Notes: a model not told the origin generated them from the sequence alone. DNA of 64,000 nt from an uncultured Planctomycetota bacterium (GCA_963849325.1 CAWKHF010000004.1:288001-352000); one strand, 5' to 3'. Shown: positions 20,906 to 31,474, counted from the stretch's first letter. A program made the numbers and translations.

Positions 20906-22761
20906 ATGGATGTGCGGCGGTGCGGGGTGATGGGGCTGTCGGACGGGTCGGTTCTCTGGCGAGTGTGGGCGTCGCGCGTCGGGCGAGTGGACCTGGTGCT
21001 CCTCGACGGTGCGCAGCGCCGCACTTATCCGATGCAGGCGGAAGAGCATGGCTTCTTTCATTGCAGCTTGCCGGACGTGCGCGAGGGACAGCGCTACGCC
21101 TATCGGCTGAACAATGGGCCAGAGCGTCCTGACCCTCGTTCGTTGTGGCAGCCGGAGGGCGTTCACAACCCGTCGGCCGTCGTCCGTCCCGAGCGCTTCG
21201 CCTGGACCGACCACGGTTGGAAGGGCGTGCCGCGCGAAGACCTGGTGTTCTACGAGCTGCACGTCGGCACCTTCACTGCGGAGGGCACCTTCGCGTCCGT
21301 CATCCCGCGTTTACCTCAGTTGCGTGAACTGGGCGTGACGGCCGTGGAACTGATGCCGGTCGCGCAGTTTCCCGGCAGCCGCAATTGGGGCTACGATGGC
21401 GTCCATCTGTACGCGGCGCAGAACAGCTATGGCGGACCCTACGGTCTGCAACGGCTGGTGGACGCTTGCCACGCGGCCGGGCTGGCGGTCTTCCTCGACG
21501 TGGTGTACAACCATCTCGGGCCGGAGGGCAACTATCTCGCCGAGTTCGGAACGTACTTCACCGAACGCTATCACACCTCCTGGGGCTCCGCCCTCAACCT
21601 CGATGGACCCGGCTCCGACCCCGTGCGCGACTTCCTCCTCGATAACGTCCGTCTCTGGATCGAAGATTTTCACTTCGACGGCCTGCGCCTGGACGCCGTC
21701 CACGCCATTTTCGATTCGCGTCCGCGCCACATCCTCCGCGAGATCAAGGAGGTCGCGGACGCCGCGGCGCGTCCAGGACAACGCATTCACATCATCGCGG
21801 AGAGCCTGGTGAACGACGTGCGCATGGTGCGGGCGCCCGAGGGCGGCGGCCACGGTCTCGACGCCGAATGGAACGAGGATTTTCACCACGCGCTGCACGC
21901 TTACCTCAGCGGCGAGCGGCACGGCAAATATGGCGACTTCGGCGCCACCTCATGCTTGTCGCGCGTGCTGGAGCACACCTTCCACCTCAACGGGATTTAC
22001 AGCGTCCACCGCGGCCGGCGCTGGGCGCCCCCGACGAGGGGCTGCCGGGCGATCGCTTCGTCATCGGTATCCAGAACCACGACCACGTCGGCAACCGGCC
22101 GCGCGGCGACCGGCTGGCGGCGCTGGTTGGCCCGGCGCAGCAGCGCCTGTCCGCCGCCCTGATGCTGCTGTCGCCGTACCTGCCGCTGTTGTTCATGGGC
22201 GAGGAGTACGGCGAGACGAACCCCTTTCCCTTCTTCTGCTCGTTCCACAACGGCCCGTTGATCGAGAATGTCCGCCGCGGACGCCGGCGCGATTACGGCT
22301 TCGCGGCGGGGGCGGAGATGGCCGACCCGCAGGCCGAAGCGACGTTCGCCGCCGCGCGCTTGAGCTGGTCGTGGCCGGAGAATTCGCTTCGGGCCGGACT
22401 GCGTCGTCTGTACCACGATTTGCTGGCGGCGCGACGGCGTTGGCCGGCCCTGCGCGACTTCACGCACCGCAGCGTTCGCCTACTGCCGGACGAGAACGCG
22501 GCGGCCGTCCTGCATCTGGTGCGCGGCATCGGCGGCGCGGCGGCGGAGCTTCACGCCTACTTCAACTTGACGGAACAGCCCCAGCCGTTGCCGAATGCGA
22601 TGGGTGAGGAGAGGAGTTTGTTATTCAGCTCGGAGGCGGAGCGCTATCACGGCAGCCGGACGAACGCGATGGTCCCGAAGCAGCTGAAACCTTATGAATG
22701 TGTCGCGCTTGGGCCGGCCGCGTGGGGGATGCCGATTGTCGAAGAACAACATCTCGTTTAG
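20906..22761 (+). CDS. treZ: Malto-oligosyltrehalose trehalohydrolase, GH13 (frameshift near 22025)
   Basis: [70 protein letters not shown]. Confidence 0.93.
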
Positions 22762-22823
22762 CCGCGACGCGCAGCAGAGCGCGGGAGCCTCCCGCGCTCC
22801 GCTGCGCGTCGCGGCTAAACGAG
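22753..22823. repeat. Palindromic REP-like element (copy 2 of the 11567 family)
   Basis: CTCGTTTAGCCGCGACGCGCAGCAGAGCGCGGGAG...CTCCCGCGCTCCGCTGCGCGTCGCGGCTAAACGAG. Confidence 0.9.
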
Positions 22824-22862
22824 TAACTTGTTTTTCTCCAAACCCAAACCATGCGCGTTAGG

Positions 22863-24181
22863 TCAACTTCGGCAGCACGCCGCCGCCGCAGAAGTCCGGG
22901 TTGCCGAAGCGCTCGATGCGATGGCCCATGCCGTGCGCCAGCGACAGCAGCAGCCGATTGTGCGGCAGCTTGCGGATACTTGATCGAGCGGCCCATGCGG
23001 AAATCCAGGCCGTTGCCGACCAGCACGAACGGGATGTTGTCGAGCGTGTGCGAATTGCCCTTGCCCAGCTCGTTGGTCCAGACCAGCAGCGTGTTGTCGA
23101 GCAGGCTGCCGCCGCCGCCCGGCTCCGGCGTCTCGGCCAAGCGCTTCGCCAGGTAGGCCAACTGCTCGCAATACCACTTGTTGATCTGCGTCAGCTTGTC
23201 CTGGGCGACCTTGTCGCTGTCGGGGCTGTGCGACAGTTCGTGATGGCCCTCGTTGATCTTCAGCCAGCGCATCCGCGCCTGACCGACCGAGTTGGTGAAT
23301 TGCAGCGTCGCCACGCGGGCGAAGTCGGCGGCGAAGCTGTTGACCATCAGGTCGATCTGCATCTTGCTGATGCGCGGGATGTTGTCGTTCTCCTTCTTCA
23401 CGCCCGGTTCCAGCTCGGGAACGGCGTGACCGACGTCCTGGTTCTTGCTCGCCTTCAGCTCCTGCTCCATCTCGCGGACGAACGTGGCGTGTTCGTCCAG
23501 CAGTCGGCGATCCTCGGCGCTGACGGCGGAGCTGACCTTCCGCAGGTCGTCCTGCAGGTCGTCGAGAATGCTCTTCAGGCTCTCCTGGTCCTTGACCCGG
23601 CCGTACAGCTTGGCGAACATCTGGTAGGGATCGTCGATCGGCGCGATCGGCTTGTTCGGCCCGGCGTAGACCATGCGCGTCCAGGTGTCGGCGCGATCGG
23701 GCACCATCACGCCGAACTCCAGCGAGCCGAAGCGCGTGCGCGTCGCCGGGTTGGCCTGCAGATGGTTCTTGATCTCCTGGTCGATGGAGAGACCGCTGGC
23801 CCAGCCGGCCGGCGTGTGCGAGCCGCCCTGGATGTTGCCGGGGAACAGCTCGATGCCGGTCAGCAGGCAGCCGATGCCGCGCATGTGGTTGTCGCCGTCG
23901 CCGCGGACCTTGTCGCAGACGCCGTGCAGGATCAGCGTGCGGTCCTTGAACGGCTCCAGCGGCTTGAGGCTGTCCTTGAGCGTCGTCAACGTTCCCTTCC
24001 TCGTCGGGCCAGAAGGCGGAGGGCACGACGCCGTTGGGGCTGAACAGGACGACCAGCCGCTGTTTGCGCCGCTGTTGGTTGGCGAAGCCGAGGCTGGGCA
24101 GGTTCAGGATGAACGGCAGGGCCGCCGCGCCGATCCCCAGGTCGCGGATGAACTCGCGTCGCGTGCTTGTTGCACGGTCAC
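22863..24181 (-). CDS. DUF1552 domain protein, Tat-like N-terminus, frameshifted
   Basis: [10 protein letters not shown]...[50 protein letters not shown]. Confidence 0.85.
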
Positions 24182-24182
24182 G

Positions 24183-26639
24183 TCACTCCTCCGGAATACG
24201 TCAGGTCTACCGTATGTCAGGCCCGTGTTGATTCTATCGACTCGCCGTCCCGGCTCACGCGGCACCGGCGGCTTAGGCTTTTCCTCATCGGGAATCCAGG
24301 CGGACTCCGCGACGATCTCCACCATCAGCTTACGGACATTGTAGCGATTGTCGGATACGAAGGACCGCCGCAGGTCCGACGAGCTTCGTGCAGGTCCGTA
24401 GGCACGGATCGGCTGCTTGACCAGGTAGTGGAACAGCTGCTCGACAAAGGCGTCGTGCGTCTCCTCGCTGTCGGCCAGGAACGCGGCCAGATCGCGGACG
24501 CCGGTGAACTTCCTCATCTTCGCCGCTGCGCGTCTGGTAGATGCCCGTGGCGTCGATGGGCCGCTCTTTTTCCTGGTCGCGGTAGCGGCCGATGGCGTCG
24601 AAGTGCTCCAGCGTGAAGCCGAGCGGGTTAATCATGCCGTGGCACGTCTGACACGCCTGCGGCCGCGTTTGCAAGCTCGACGCGCTCGCGCGTGGTCAGC
24701 CGTGGGTGCAGGTCCGGCGGCAACGGGGTGAAGGCCTCCGGCGGCGGCTGGAGCGTCCGGCCCAGGACGCTGCGCGACAGGAAGACGCCGCGATGGATCG
24801 GCGAACTGGTCGCCGTGTAGGCGAAGGTCGCCATCAGGTAGGGGTGCGTAAGCACGCCGGCACGCTCGCCGGCTTTCGCCGCGACCTTTCTGGAACGGCG
24901 CATCGGGCGGCAGATCGCCGCCGTAGAATCTGGCCAGCCGGCCGTTGAGATACAGGGAATCCGCGAGCAGCAGTTGGCGGAAGTCCGATGCCTCGCTCCA
25001 GAGCACGTCCTCCAGGAACAACTCCAGCGAGGTGCGCAGGTCCGAGGCGACCGCCTGAGTCGAAGCCGGGGATAGCTGTGCGGAGTCCTTGGACAGGTCG
25101 GGGACCTGATCGACCTTGCAGCCACTGCAGGAAGAACTCGCGGAGCTTGGCCCGGGTCCGCAGGTCGGCGACCATGCGCTCGGCCTGGTGCAGCCACCTG
25201 CTCGCGGGTGGCACAGCTCGGCCGCTCGCCGCCGCTTGCAGAAGCTCGGCGATCGGGCAGCGAATCCCACAGTCCGAAGGAGAGTCCGCGACGCCACGTC
25301 GTAAGCGTCTGGCCCGCCGCCAATCTCGCGGTAGAGGAAACGCGGCGACTTGAGGACGAGCAGCACAACGCGCTTGACGGCCGTTTCCAGATCGCGGGCG
25401 GCTTCGAATCTGGTGATCGACGTAGAGGCGCTTCTGCTCGTCGCGTGAGCGGCCGGCGAAACGCCCGTCTCGGCGAAGCGTACGACAGAACTCGCGGAGA
25501 CGCGCCTTGCGATCCGGCGGCATCGTCCGCGCACGCCGGCCAACTCCGCCAGGCGGGCGACGACGTAGTCCGCAACCTCGATGGCCGCATCGGTCGTGGC
25601 CTGTTCCCACGCCTTGGAGATCGACGTGCCGCGCTCGTAGCCGACGCTGCGGTCGTCCGGCGGAAACGGCGTGGCGACGACGAACGCAACGGGAGAGGCA
25701 GTTCGGCGTCAGGTTTCGCTGCGGGATCACCTCCGCCGTCCGCTGCGGCGGCTTCCACGCCAGCGCGATCGACGCCTTGACTTGCGGGCGGCTTGCCCTT
25801 CTTGTTCTTCGAGTCGTCCACGCCCTGCTTGGCCTTGGAGAACTCCAGCCGCAGCGGATAGACGCGCCCGCCCAGCAGGAAGATCGAGGCGCGATACTCG
25901 GTATCGTTGCCCGACTTCACCCAGGCGTCGATCAGCGGCCGTTTGCGTGTCGTTGACCCACAGCCGGGCGGCGTGCTCGGTGCGGACGATGAATTCGTAA
26001 CTCGCCGGTGTCCGGGGCCAGGACCGAGCCCGTCCAGCGGATCGAGAATTGATTGGCGTCGAACTTCTTGGGGTCCGGGCCGGACGTCGCCGAAGTCGAA
26101 GCGGACCTCGGGATCGACGCGCTCCAGGACGCGGTCGTTGCCGCGGAAGCGCCGGGACTTGAAATACTCGCCGCGCAGGCCGCGTTGCTGGTCCCAGTGG
26201 CTGGGCGTGCGGAAGCTGCCGATCAGGTCGGCGACGGCGTTGCCGATACTGGCGGACGGTGAGGCGCGACAGCTCGATGCGCGGCGGCTTGTTGCGGGCC
26301 TGCGCGGTCTTGGAGTAGAAGGCATCGTAGATGTAGGCGGCGACTTTCTGGGCGTCTTCGCCGCTGCATTTGTCGTCGGTGTCCTTGGGCATGGTCCGGG
26401 CGATGAGGCGGGTGAGCTGGGAAACGGAGCGATCCCCGGCCAGCGGACGCGGGTAATCATCAATCGGTGCCTTCTCCCGACGCTCCATGACACGAGGCGC
26501 ATTGCTGCTTGTAAATCTGTTCTCCGCTACGACCTTCCGCGGCGAGGACGCGGGGGGCCAGCATGCTCAGAGAGCACAGCAGGGCCATCCAGGGTAGGTG
26601 GCGGAGAGGGGACACGGTTGGCGGATTCGTGTGGATCAT
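24183..26639 (-). CDS. Cytochrome c / PA14 / DUF1592-DUF1588 family protein, heavily frameshifted
   Basis: Pieces across frames: signal peptide + IYKQQCASCHG, GLRGEYF (PA14), LSFGLWDSLPD, RAGVLTHPYL, SSPIHRGVF, CQTCHGMINPLGFTLEHFDAIGR. The usual DUF1552 partner follows. 3' end approximate. Confidence 0.82.
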
Positions 26640-26997
26640 GGAGACCGATTCGGGTAGGCCGCTACGAAATCAGGAGGTCGGAAGGCAGGTCAACACTCAC
26701 CGAGGCGCGTCGTCCGCGAACTGGAGGGAAAAATGTCCGGGATGCGGCGCCGAGTGCTGATAAATAGTTTGAAGGCTCGGGGGACGAATGTCAAGGGGAG
26801 AGACGGAAAAGGTCCATTCCTCCCATCCCGTTGTTGCATCGACTGTCTGTTGCCGAAGAGAGACGAAGTTGGTAGGTGCCGCCAGCCGAGCGGCACGGCG
26901 GAACGATACAGCTATCCGTAACCGGCTCACGCGGAGCATGGCGTCGAAGCACGATACACCATCATTCACGTGGTCGGTCTGCTTGTATGTTCCATTT

Positions 26998-27160
26998 CAC
27001 TCCCGATTTCTTGTCGGGAGTATCCTCGACAGGGGAGTCGCGAGGAGGTCTTTCGGTCTGCTGAGGTACGACCTCTTGCTGCAGATTGACCCCTCCGCGT
27101 CGGACCCAGCGCTGGTTACATCTTGAGGCACTGACCTCTGATCACAAGCTTCCGCTCACG
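26998..27160 (+). ncRNA. Predicted IS110 bridge RNA
   Basis: 5' hairpin ACTCCCGA/TCGGGAGT. Target loop with guides TCGGTCTGCT (27053-27062) and GCTGCAG (27078-27084) around hairpin GAGGT/ACCTC. Donor loop with guides GTTACATCT (27115-27123) and ACAAG (27144-27148) around GAGG/CCTC. All four guides match the reconstructed target and donor. RNA ends approximate. Confidence 0.85.
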
Positions 27161-27233
27161 CCGAGCTACGCCGGAGGAGCCTCGCGGCTACGGCCCCATC
27201 GTCTCCCTCTTCACTCCACATTCCGAGGTTCCC

Positions 27234-29042
27234 ATGCTACCACAACACGCTCCCGCTCCGCAATCGCCGCGACGCATCGGCGTCGGCATCGACACCTCCC
27301 GCTACGGCCATTACGCCGTCTTCCTCACGCGACGACCTCCAGCCCGCCGCCGACGAACTCTCCTTCCCCGAGTCCGCCGCCGGCTACGCCCTCTTCCGCC
27401 AACGCCTCGCAAGCGCATCGTCCAGCGCTACGGCGCCGTGCACTTCGTCGTCCGTCTCGACGTGGCCGGACCCGTATGCCGACAACCTGCTCCACTTCCT
27501 GCACCAACTCGGCCACGCCGCCAGCCGACGCCCGCCAACGCCGCCCGCCGTTGGCCCTCACCCTCTCCTGCGGCGATCCGCAACGCAACAAGAACTACCG
27601 CGCCGCCCTCTTCGGCAGCCAGAAGTCCGATCCCGTCGAGGCCCGCGCCGCCGCACGCTTCGCCCTCACCGAGCGAGCCACGCAGTGACAAGCCATTGTC
27701 CCTGCGAACTCCGCATCCTCCGCCAGGTCGCCGGCCGACTCCAGGCCGTCGTCCGCCAACGCACCCGCCTCCTCAACCAGTTCCATCATCTGCTGGCCTT
27801 GACCTTCCCCGAACTGGCCCTGCTCACCAAGGACCTCGCCGCCGGCTGGGTCCTCGAACTGGTCCACCGCTACCCACCGCCGCCGCGCCTGGCCCAGGCC
27901 ACGACCCGGCCGACCTGGCCGCCATCCCCTATCTGCCCGATGACCATGGCGACGCCGCTGCTCGCAACACGCCCAGCACCTCCATCGCCTCGCTGGACGG
28001 CGCGGCCGTCGAGGAGCTGGTGCGCGACCAGGTCCGCCAACTCCGCGACAGTCGGCGCGCGGCAAAAACGCCTGGAATACCTGCTGGTTTCCGCCTATCA
28101 CGCCCTGCCCCAGACCAACCACCTCGACACCATCCCCGGCATCGGCGCCGTCACGGCCGCCGTGCTGACCGCCTTCATCGTCGACATCGATCGCTTCGCC
28201 ACGCCGGGCAAGCTGGTCGCTTATTTCGGCGTCCTGCCCATCGAGGCGTCCAGCGGCGTGGACCGCGACGGCCAGGCCGCGTTCGCCGCGGCGTTGGGTC
28301 ATGAGCCGGCGCGGCAACGACCTGGTGCGTCGCTATCTGTGGATGGCGGCCTTGAGCGCCATCCGCTTCAACCCGGCGGTGCGGGCGTTGTACGCCCGTG
28401 TCGTGGCCAAGCATCCCCAGCACAAGGCGGTCGCCGTCGGCCACGCCATGCGCAAGCTGTTGCACCTGGTCTTCGCCATCTGCAAGAGCGGCCGGCCGTT
28501 CGACCCCGACCACTATCCCTGGCAGACGCCGGCTCACGTCGACGGAGAGTGACAATGACATGTCAGTGGATGCACCGAAGCCAGTGACAAGACCGTGTCA
28601 GTCGAAAGCCAGGCCGCGGGCCACAAGCCGGAAGCTGAGCCGGCTGCGGACAGTGGTCACCGCGGCCTGTGCCGACAGCGTAGCCGAGACGGCCGCGGTC
28701 GGCGAGAGCAACGCCGTCGATTTCGCCCACGTCAAGAGGCAACTGCCGCTGGCCCAGGTGCTCGATCAACTGGGTCTGTCGGCGCGCCTGCGCGGCAGCG
28801 GTCCGCAGCGCCGCGGTGCCTGTCCGCTGCATCGCGGCGATGGCCGCGGCCGGACGTTCAGCGTCAACCTGGAGGCCAACGTCTTCCAGTGCTTCGACAA
28901 GACGTGCGGTCAGAAGGGCGACGTGATCGACCTGTGGGCGGCGTTGCATGGCTTGTCGCTGCGGGAGGCGGCGTTGGACCTGGTGCGGACGTTTGGGCTG
29001 GAGCCTGCGCCACGCACCGGAACAGAGAAGAGGAACGGTTAA
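27234..29042 (+). CDS. IS110 recombinase/transposase with apparent C-terminal CHC2 zinc-finger domain (multiple frameshifts)
   Basis: RIGVGIDTSRYGH, KSDPVEA, LDTIPGIG, FATPGKLVAYFGVLPIEASSG, GNDLVRRYLWMAA, HAMRKLLHLVFAI; then CPLH...FSVN...FQCFDKTCGQKGDVIDL. Confidence 0.88.
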
Positions 29043-29204
29043 GGAACGGTTGACCGCGTCGGTGGAGAGAATCCGCCCTTGGGTCGGGGCCGTCCGCATG
29101 TGCGCAGACAGGACAGAGGAAACCGTTCTTACCGGCCGTCATCACGGGGACGGGGCTTGACATTCATCGTTACATCTGCAGCGGATTGTTCGGCGCTACC
29201 CCCT

Positions 29205-29684
29205 TCAGAAAACAAGAGGCTTACCGACCCCCAAGGAACACTCGACAAGCGCCGCCATCTGAGCGGCAAACTCACGGACCAACCCTGCCATCCCCTGCTG
29301 GACGCACGACATCGCTTGTAGCGCTCCCACCTCGGACGGCAAACTTTTCACCTCTTCGACGGCGAGGAAGTCTCCTGCATGAGTGCCATTGTACAGCACC
29401 TTGGAGAGCAGCAGCGGGAACGTCTCGGCCTGCCGCTCCAACTCCGCTCGCAGGGCGGCGACCAGCGCGATGTTGCCGATGCGGTGGTGCAGCAACACGC
29501 CCAGCTCGTGCTCGCAGGCGCGCTCGAGTTGCCATCGGTCAAAGGCGAGCTGGACCTCAAGGTCGTCGCTGCCGCAGAGCAGGCTCCCATCGGCCGAGAC
29601 GGACAGGTTACAGCCGGGCGGCGGTGGTTCTCGCAAGCGTCCCCGCTCGAAGCAGTCGCAGTACACAACCGCGTCCAACCCCAT
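29205..29684 (-). CDS. Hypothetical protein carried as a putative integron gene cassette
   Basis: 159-aa ORF MGLDAVVYCDCFERG...KPLVF. Preceded closely by GTTCGGC (29710-29704) and an RBS-like GGAG; followed immediately by the attC-like site. Confidence 0.7.
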   Translation of the reverse strand: MGLDAVVYCDCFERGRLREPPPPGCNLSVSADGSLLCGSDDLEVQLAFDRWQLERACEHELGVLLHHRIGNIALVAALRAELERQAETFPLLLSKVLYNGTHAGDFLAVEEVKSLPSEVGALQAMSCVQQGMAGLVREFAAQMAALVECSLGVGKPLVF

Positions 29685-29715
29685 CTCTGCTTCGCTCCGC
29701 CTCGCCGAACAGTGA

Positions 29716-31474
29716 TTAGTCTGAGGCGGGGCGTCTCGCGGCCTCATTCGTGGTGGTCCCTCGTGGACCCCGTTCGGAAGTTTGCCCTTCCTCACGCCAC
29801 GTTGCGCCTCCGCCGGCCTCCCACGGTTGTCCCACGAACTCCTCTATTCTGAAGGCTCCCATGTCCCGGCACAAGCACCAAACCGCCTCGTCCGCCCCCA
29901 GGCAACCCGCCACGCCCGTGGCACCGCAACGCCGCCGTCACACGCCCACTCCCGCCGACGACGGCTACCACGAATCCCTGCCCATTCAGCACGGCCACGC
30001 GGCCGGCATCGACGTGGGCTCACGCACGCACGGGGTCGCTGCCCCCGCAGCAGACGGCACCCTGGACGTGGCCTGCTTCGACACCTACACCGAGGGACTA
30101 CGCGCCCTGGCCGCCTGGCTCCATGCCCACGCGGTCACCACCGTGGCCCTGGAGGCCACCGGCATTTACGGCGATCCCCTCTTCGATCTGCTCCCAAGCC
30201 AGGGCTTTGACGTCATCCATGTCAACCCCGCCTACACCGCCCAACTCCAGGGACGGCCCAAGACCGACAAGCTCGACTGCCAGTGGATCCAACGCCTGCA
30301 CGCCCACGGCCTGCTGCCCGCCTCCTTTCGGCCCGCCGCCGATGTCGCCGTACTCCGCGTCTACCTCCGTCAGCGGGCCGAACTCGTCCGCGCCGGTGCC
30401 CGACACATCCAGCACATGCAGAAGGCGTTGGAGTTAATGAACGTCAAGCTGACCGAGGTGGTCAGCGACGTGACGAGCTGGACCGGCCTGAAGATCATCC
30501 AGGCCATCCTGGACGGTCAACGCGACCCGCTGACGCTGGCGCGACTGCGGAACAAGCACTGCAAGAACAGCATCGATACCTTCGCGCGTGCCCTGCAGGG
30601 CAGTTGGCGTGACGAACACGTGCTGACGTTGCGGCAGGCGTTAGCATCGTGGCAGCACTATCAGGCTCAGCAACGGGAGTTGGAGGAAGCGATCGCCCGC
30701 CACCTCCATCGGATGAAAAAGACGACCGCGCTGCCGCCGCTGCTGCCCAAGCCGCGACGGCGGAGCCGCGCGGCCAACGAACCACGCTTCGACGTGCGAA
30801 CCGCCCTGTACTACGTGACCGGCGTGGACTTGACCGAGTTGGACGGGATCGCCGACGTGACGGCCTTGGTGGTCGTCAGCGAGATCGGCCTGGACATGAG
30901 CCGTTTCCCCTCCGCGAAGCACTTCTGCGCCTGGTTGGGGTTGTGCCCGCGGGTGAAGAAATCCGGAGGTCGGGTCTTGTCGAGTCGGACGCGCAAGGGC
31001 AAGGGCGCCGCGGCGCGGGCCTTGTGTCTGGCGGCGCGGTCGTTGTGGCGCAGTCCAACGGCGTTGGGTGCTTTGCTGCGGCGGTGGAAGGCCCGCTTGG
31101 GGGCGCCTGCGGCGATAACCGCGGTAGCGCACCGAGCTGGCTCGGCTGCTGTATCAAACCTTGAAGACGGGGGCGTTGCCGGCCCGCGAGACGGCGGCGG
31201 CGTATGCGGCCCGCCAGCGGGAGCAAGCGGTGGCAACGTTGCGGAAGAAGGCGTTGCGTCTGGGTCTGCGCGTGGTAGCGACGAGTGAAATCGTGGAGAG
31301 CGTAGCGTCGCCGCCATGAACGATAGCGGGTGCGGCATGGCCCGAGGTTCGCCCAGGGAGACGAGCAAACAAGGCCCGATCACAGCAAGCGACAGCGAGG
31401 GAGACCGCTTCGGTTCACGGCGGAGCGTCCTTGAGTGCGCACAGCAGTCAAAGATAGAATAAGTCTTCTGAAGA
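29716..31474 (+). mobile_element. Second IS110-family element (different subgroup); boundaries inferred
   Basis: Transposase inside, structured left non-coding end, possible duplicated GA core at 29714-29715 and 31473-31474. Confidence 0.6.
29861..31319 (+). CDS. IS110-family transposase (frameshift near 31135)
   Basis: AAGIDVG, VALEATGIY, KTDKLDCQWI (DEDD tetrad), SEIGLDMSRFPSAKHFCAWLGLCP..KKSGG, AITAVAH; tail LARLLYQTL...LRKKA in the next frame. Confidence 0.92.

Larger units (their letters stand above)
26984..29177 (+). mobile_element. IS110-family insertion sequence (IS621-like bridge recombinase element) with CT core
   Basis: Core CT at 26982-26983 and 29176-29177. -35 TTGACA in the right end (29157-29162) and -10 TATGTT in the left end (26986-26991) lie 17 nt apart on circularisation. 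No terminal IRs. IS110 recombinase inside. Confidence 0.9.
26898..29194 (-). other. Integron attC-like site (about 103 bp when reconstructed), split by the IS110 insertion
   Basis: Minus strand after removing the IS: R'' GCCGAAC (29194-29188), 5-nt spacer, L'' GCTGCAGC, central region, degenerate L' GGATAGC, 6-nt spacer, R' GTTCCGC (26904-26898). Begins about 10 nt after the stop of ORF 29205-29684. Confidence 0.65.

Noticed and set aside
19352-22162. 936-aa ORF that looks like a DUF1080-TreZ fusion
   Set aside because: Produced by the frameshift near 20145. The DUF1080 gene ends at 20888 and treZ has its own RBS and ATG at 20906.
26950-26966. Alternative left boundary of the first IS110 with an AT core (GCACG-AT-ACACCATCAT)
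   Set aside because: It gives a weaker -10 and does not explain the guide matches; the CT core at 26982-26983 explains all four guides and the promoter.
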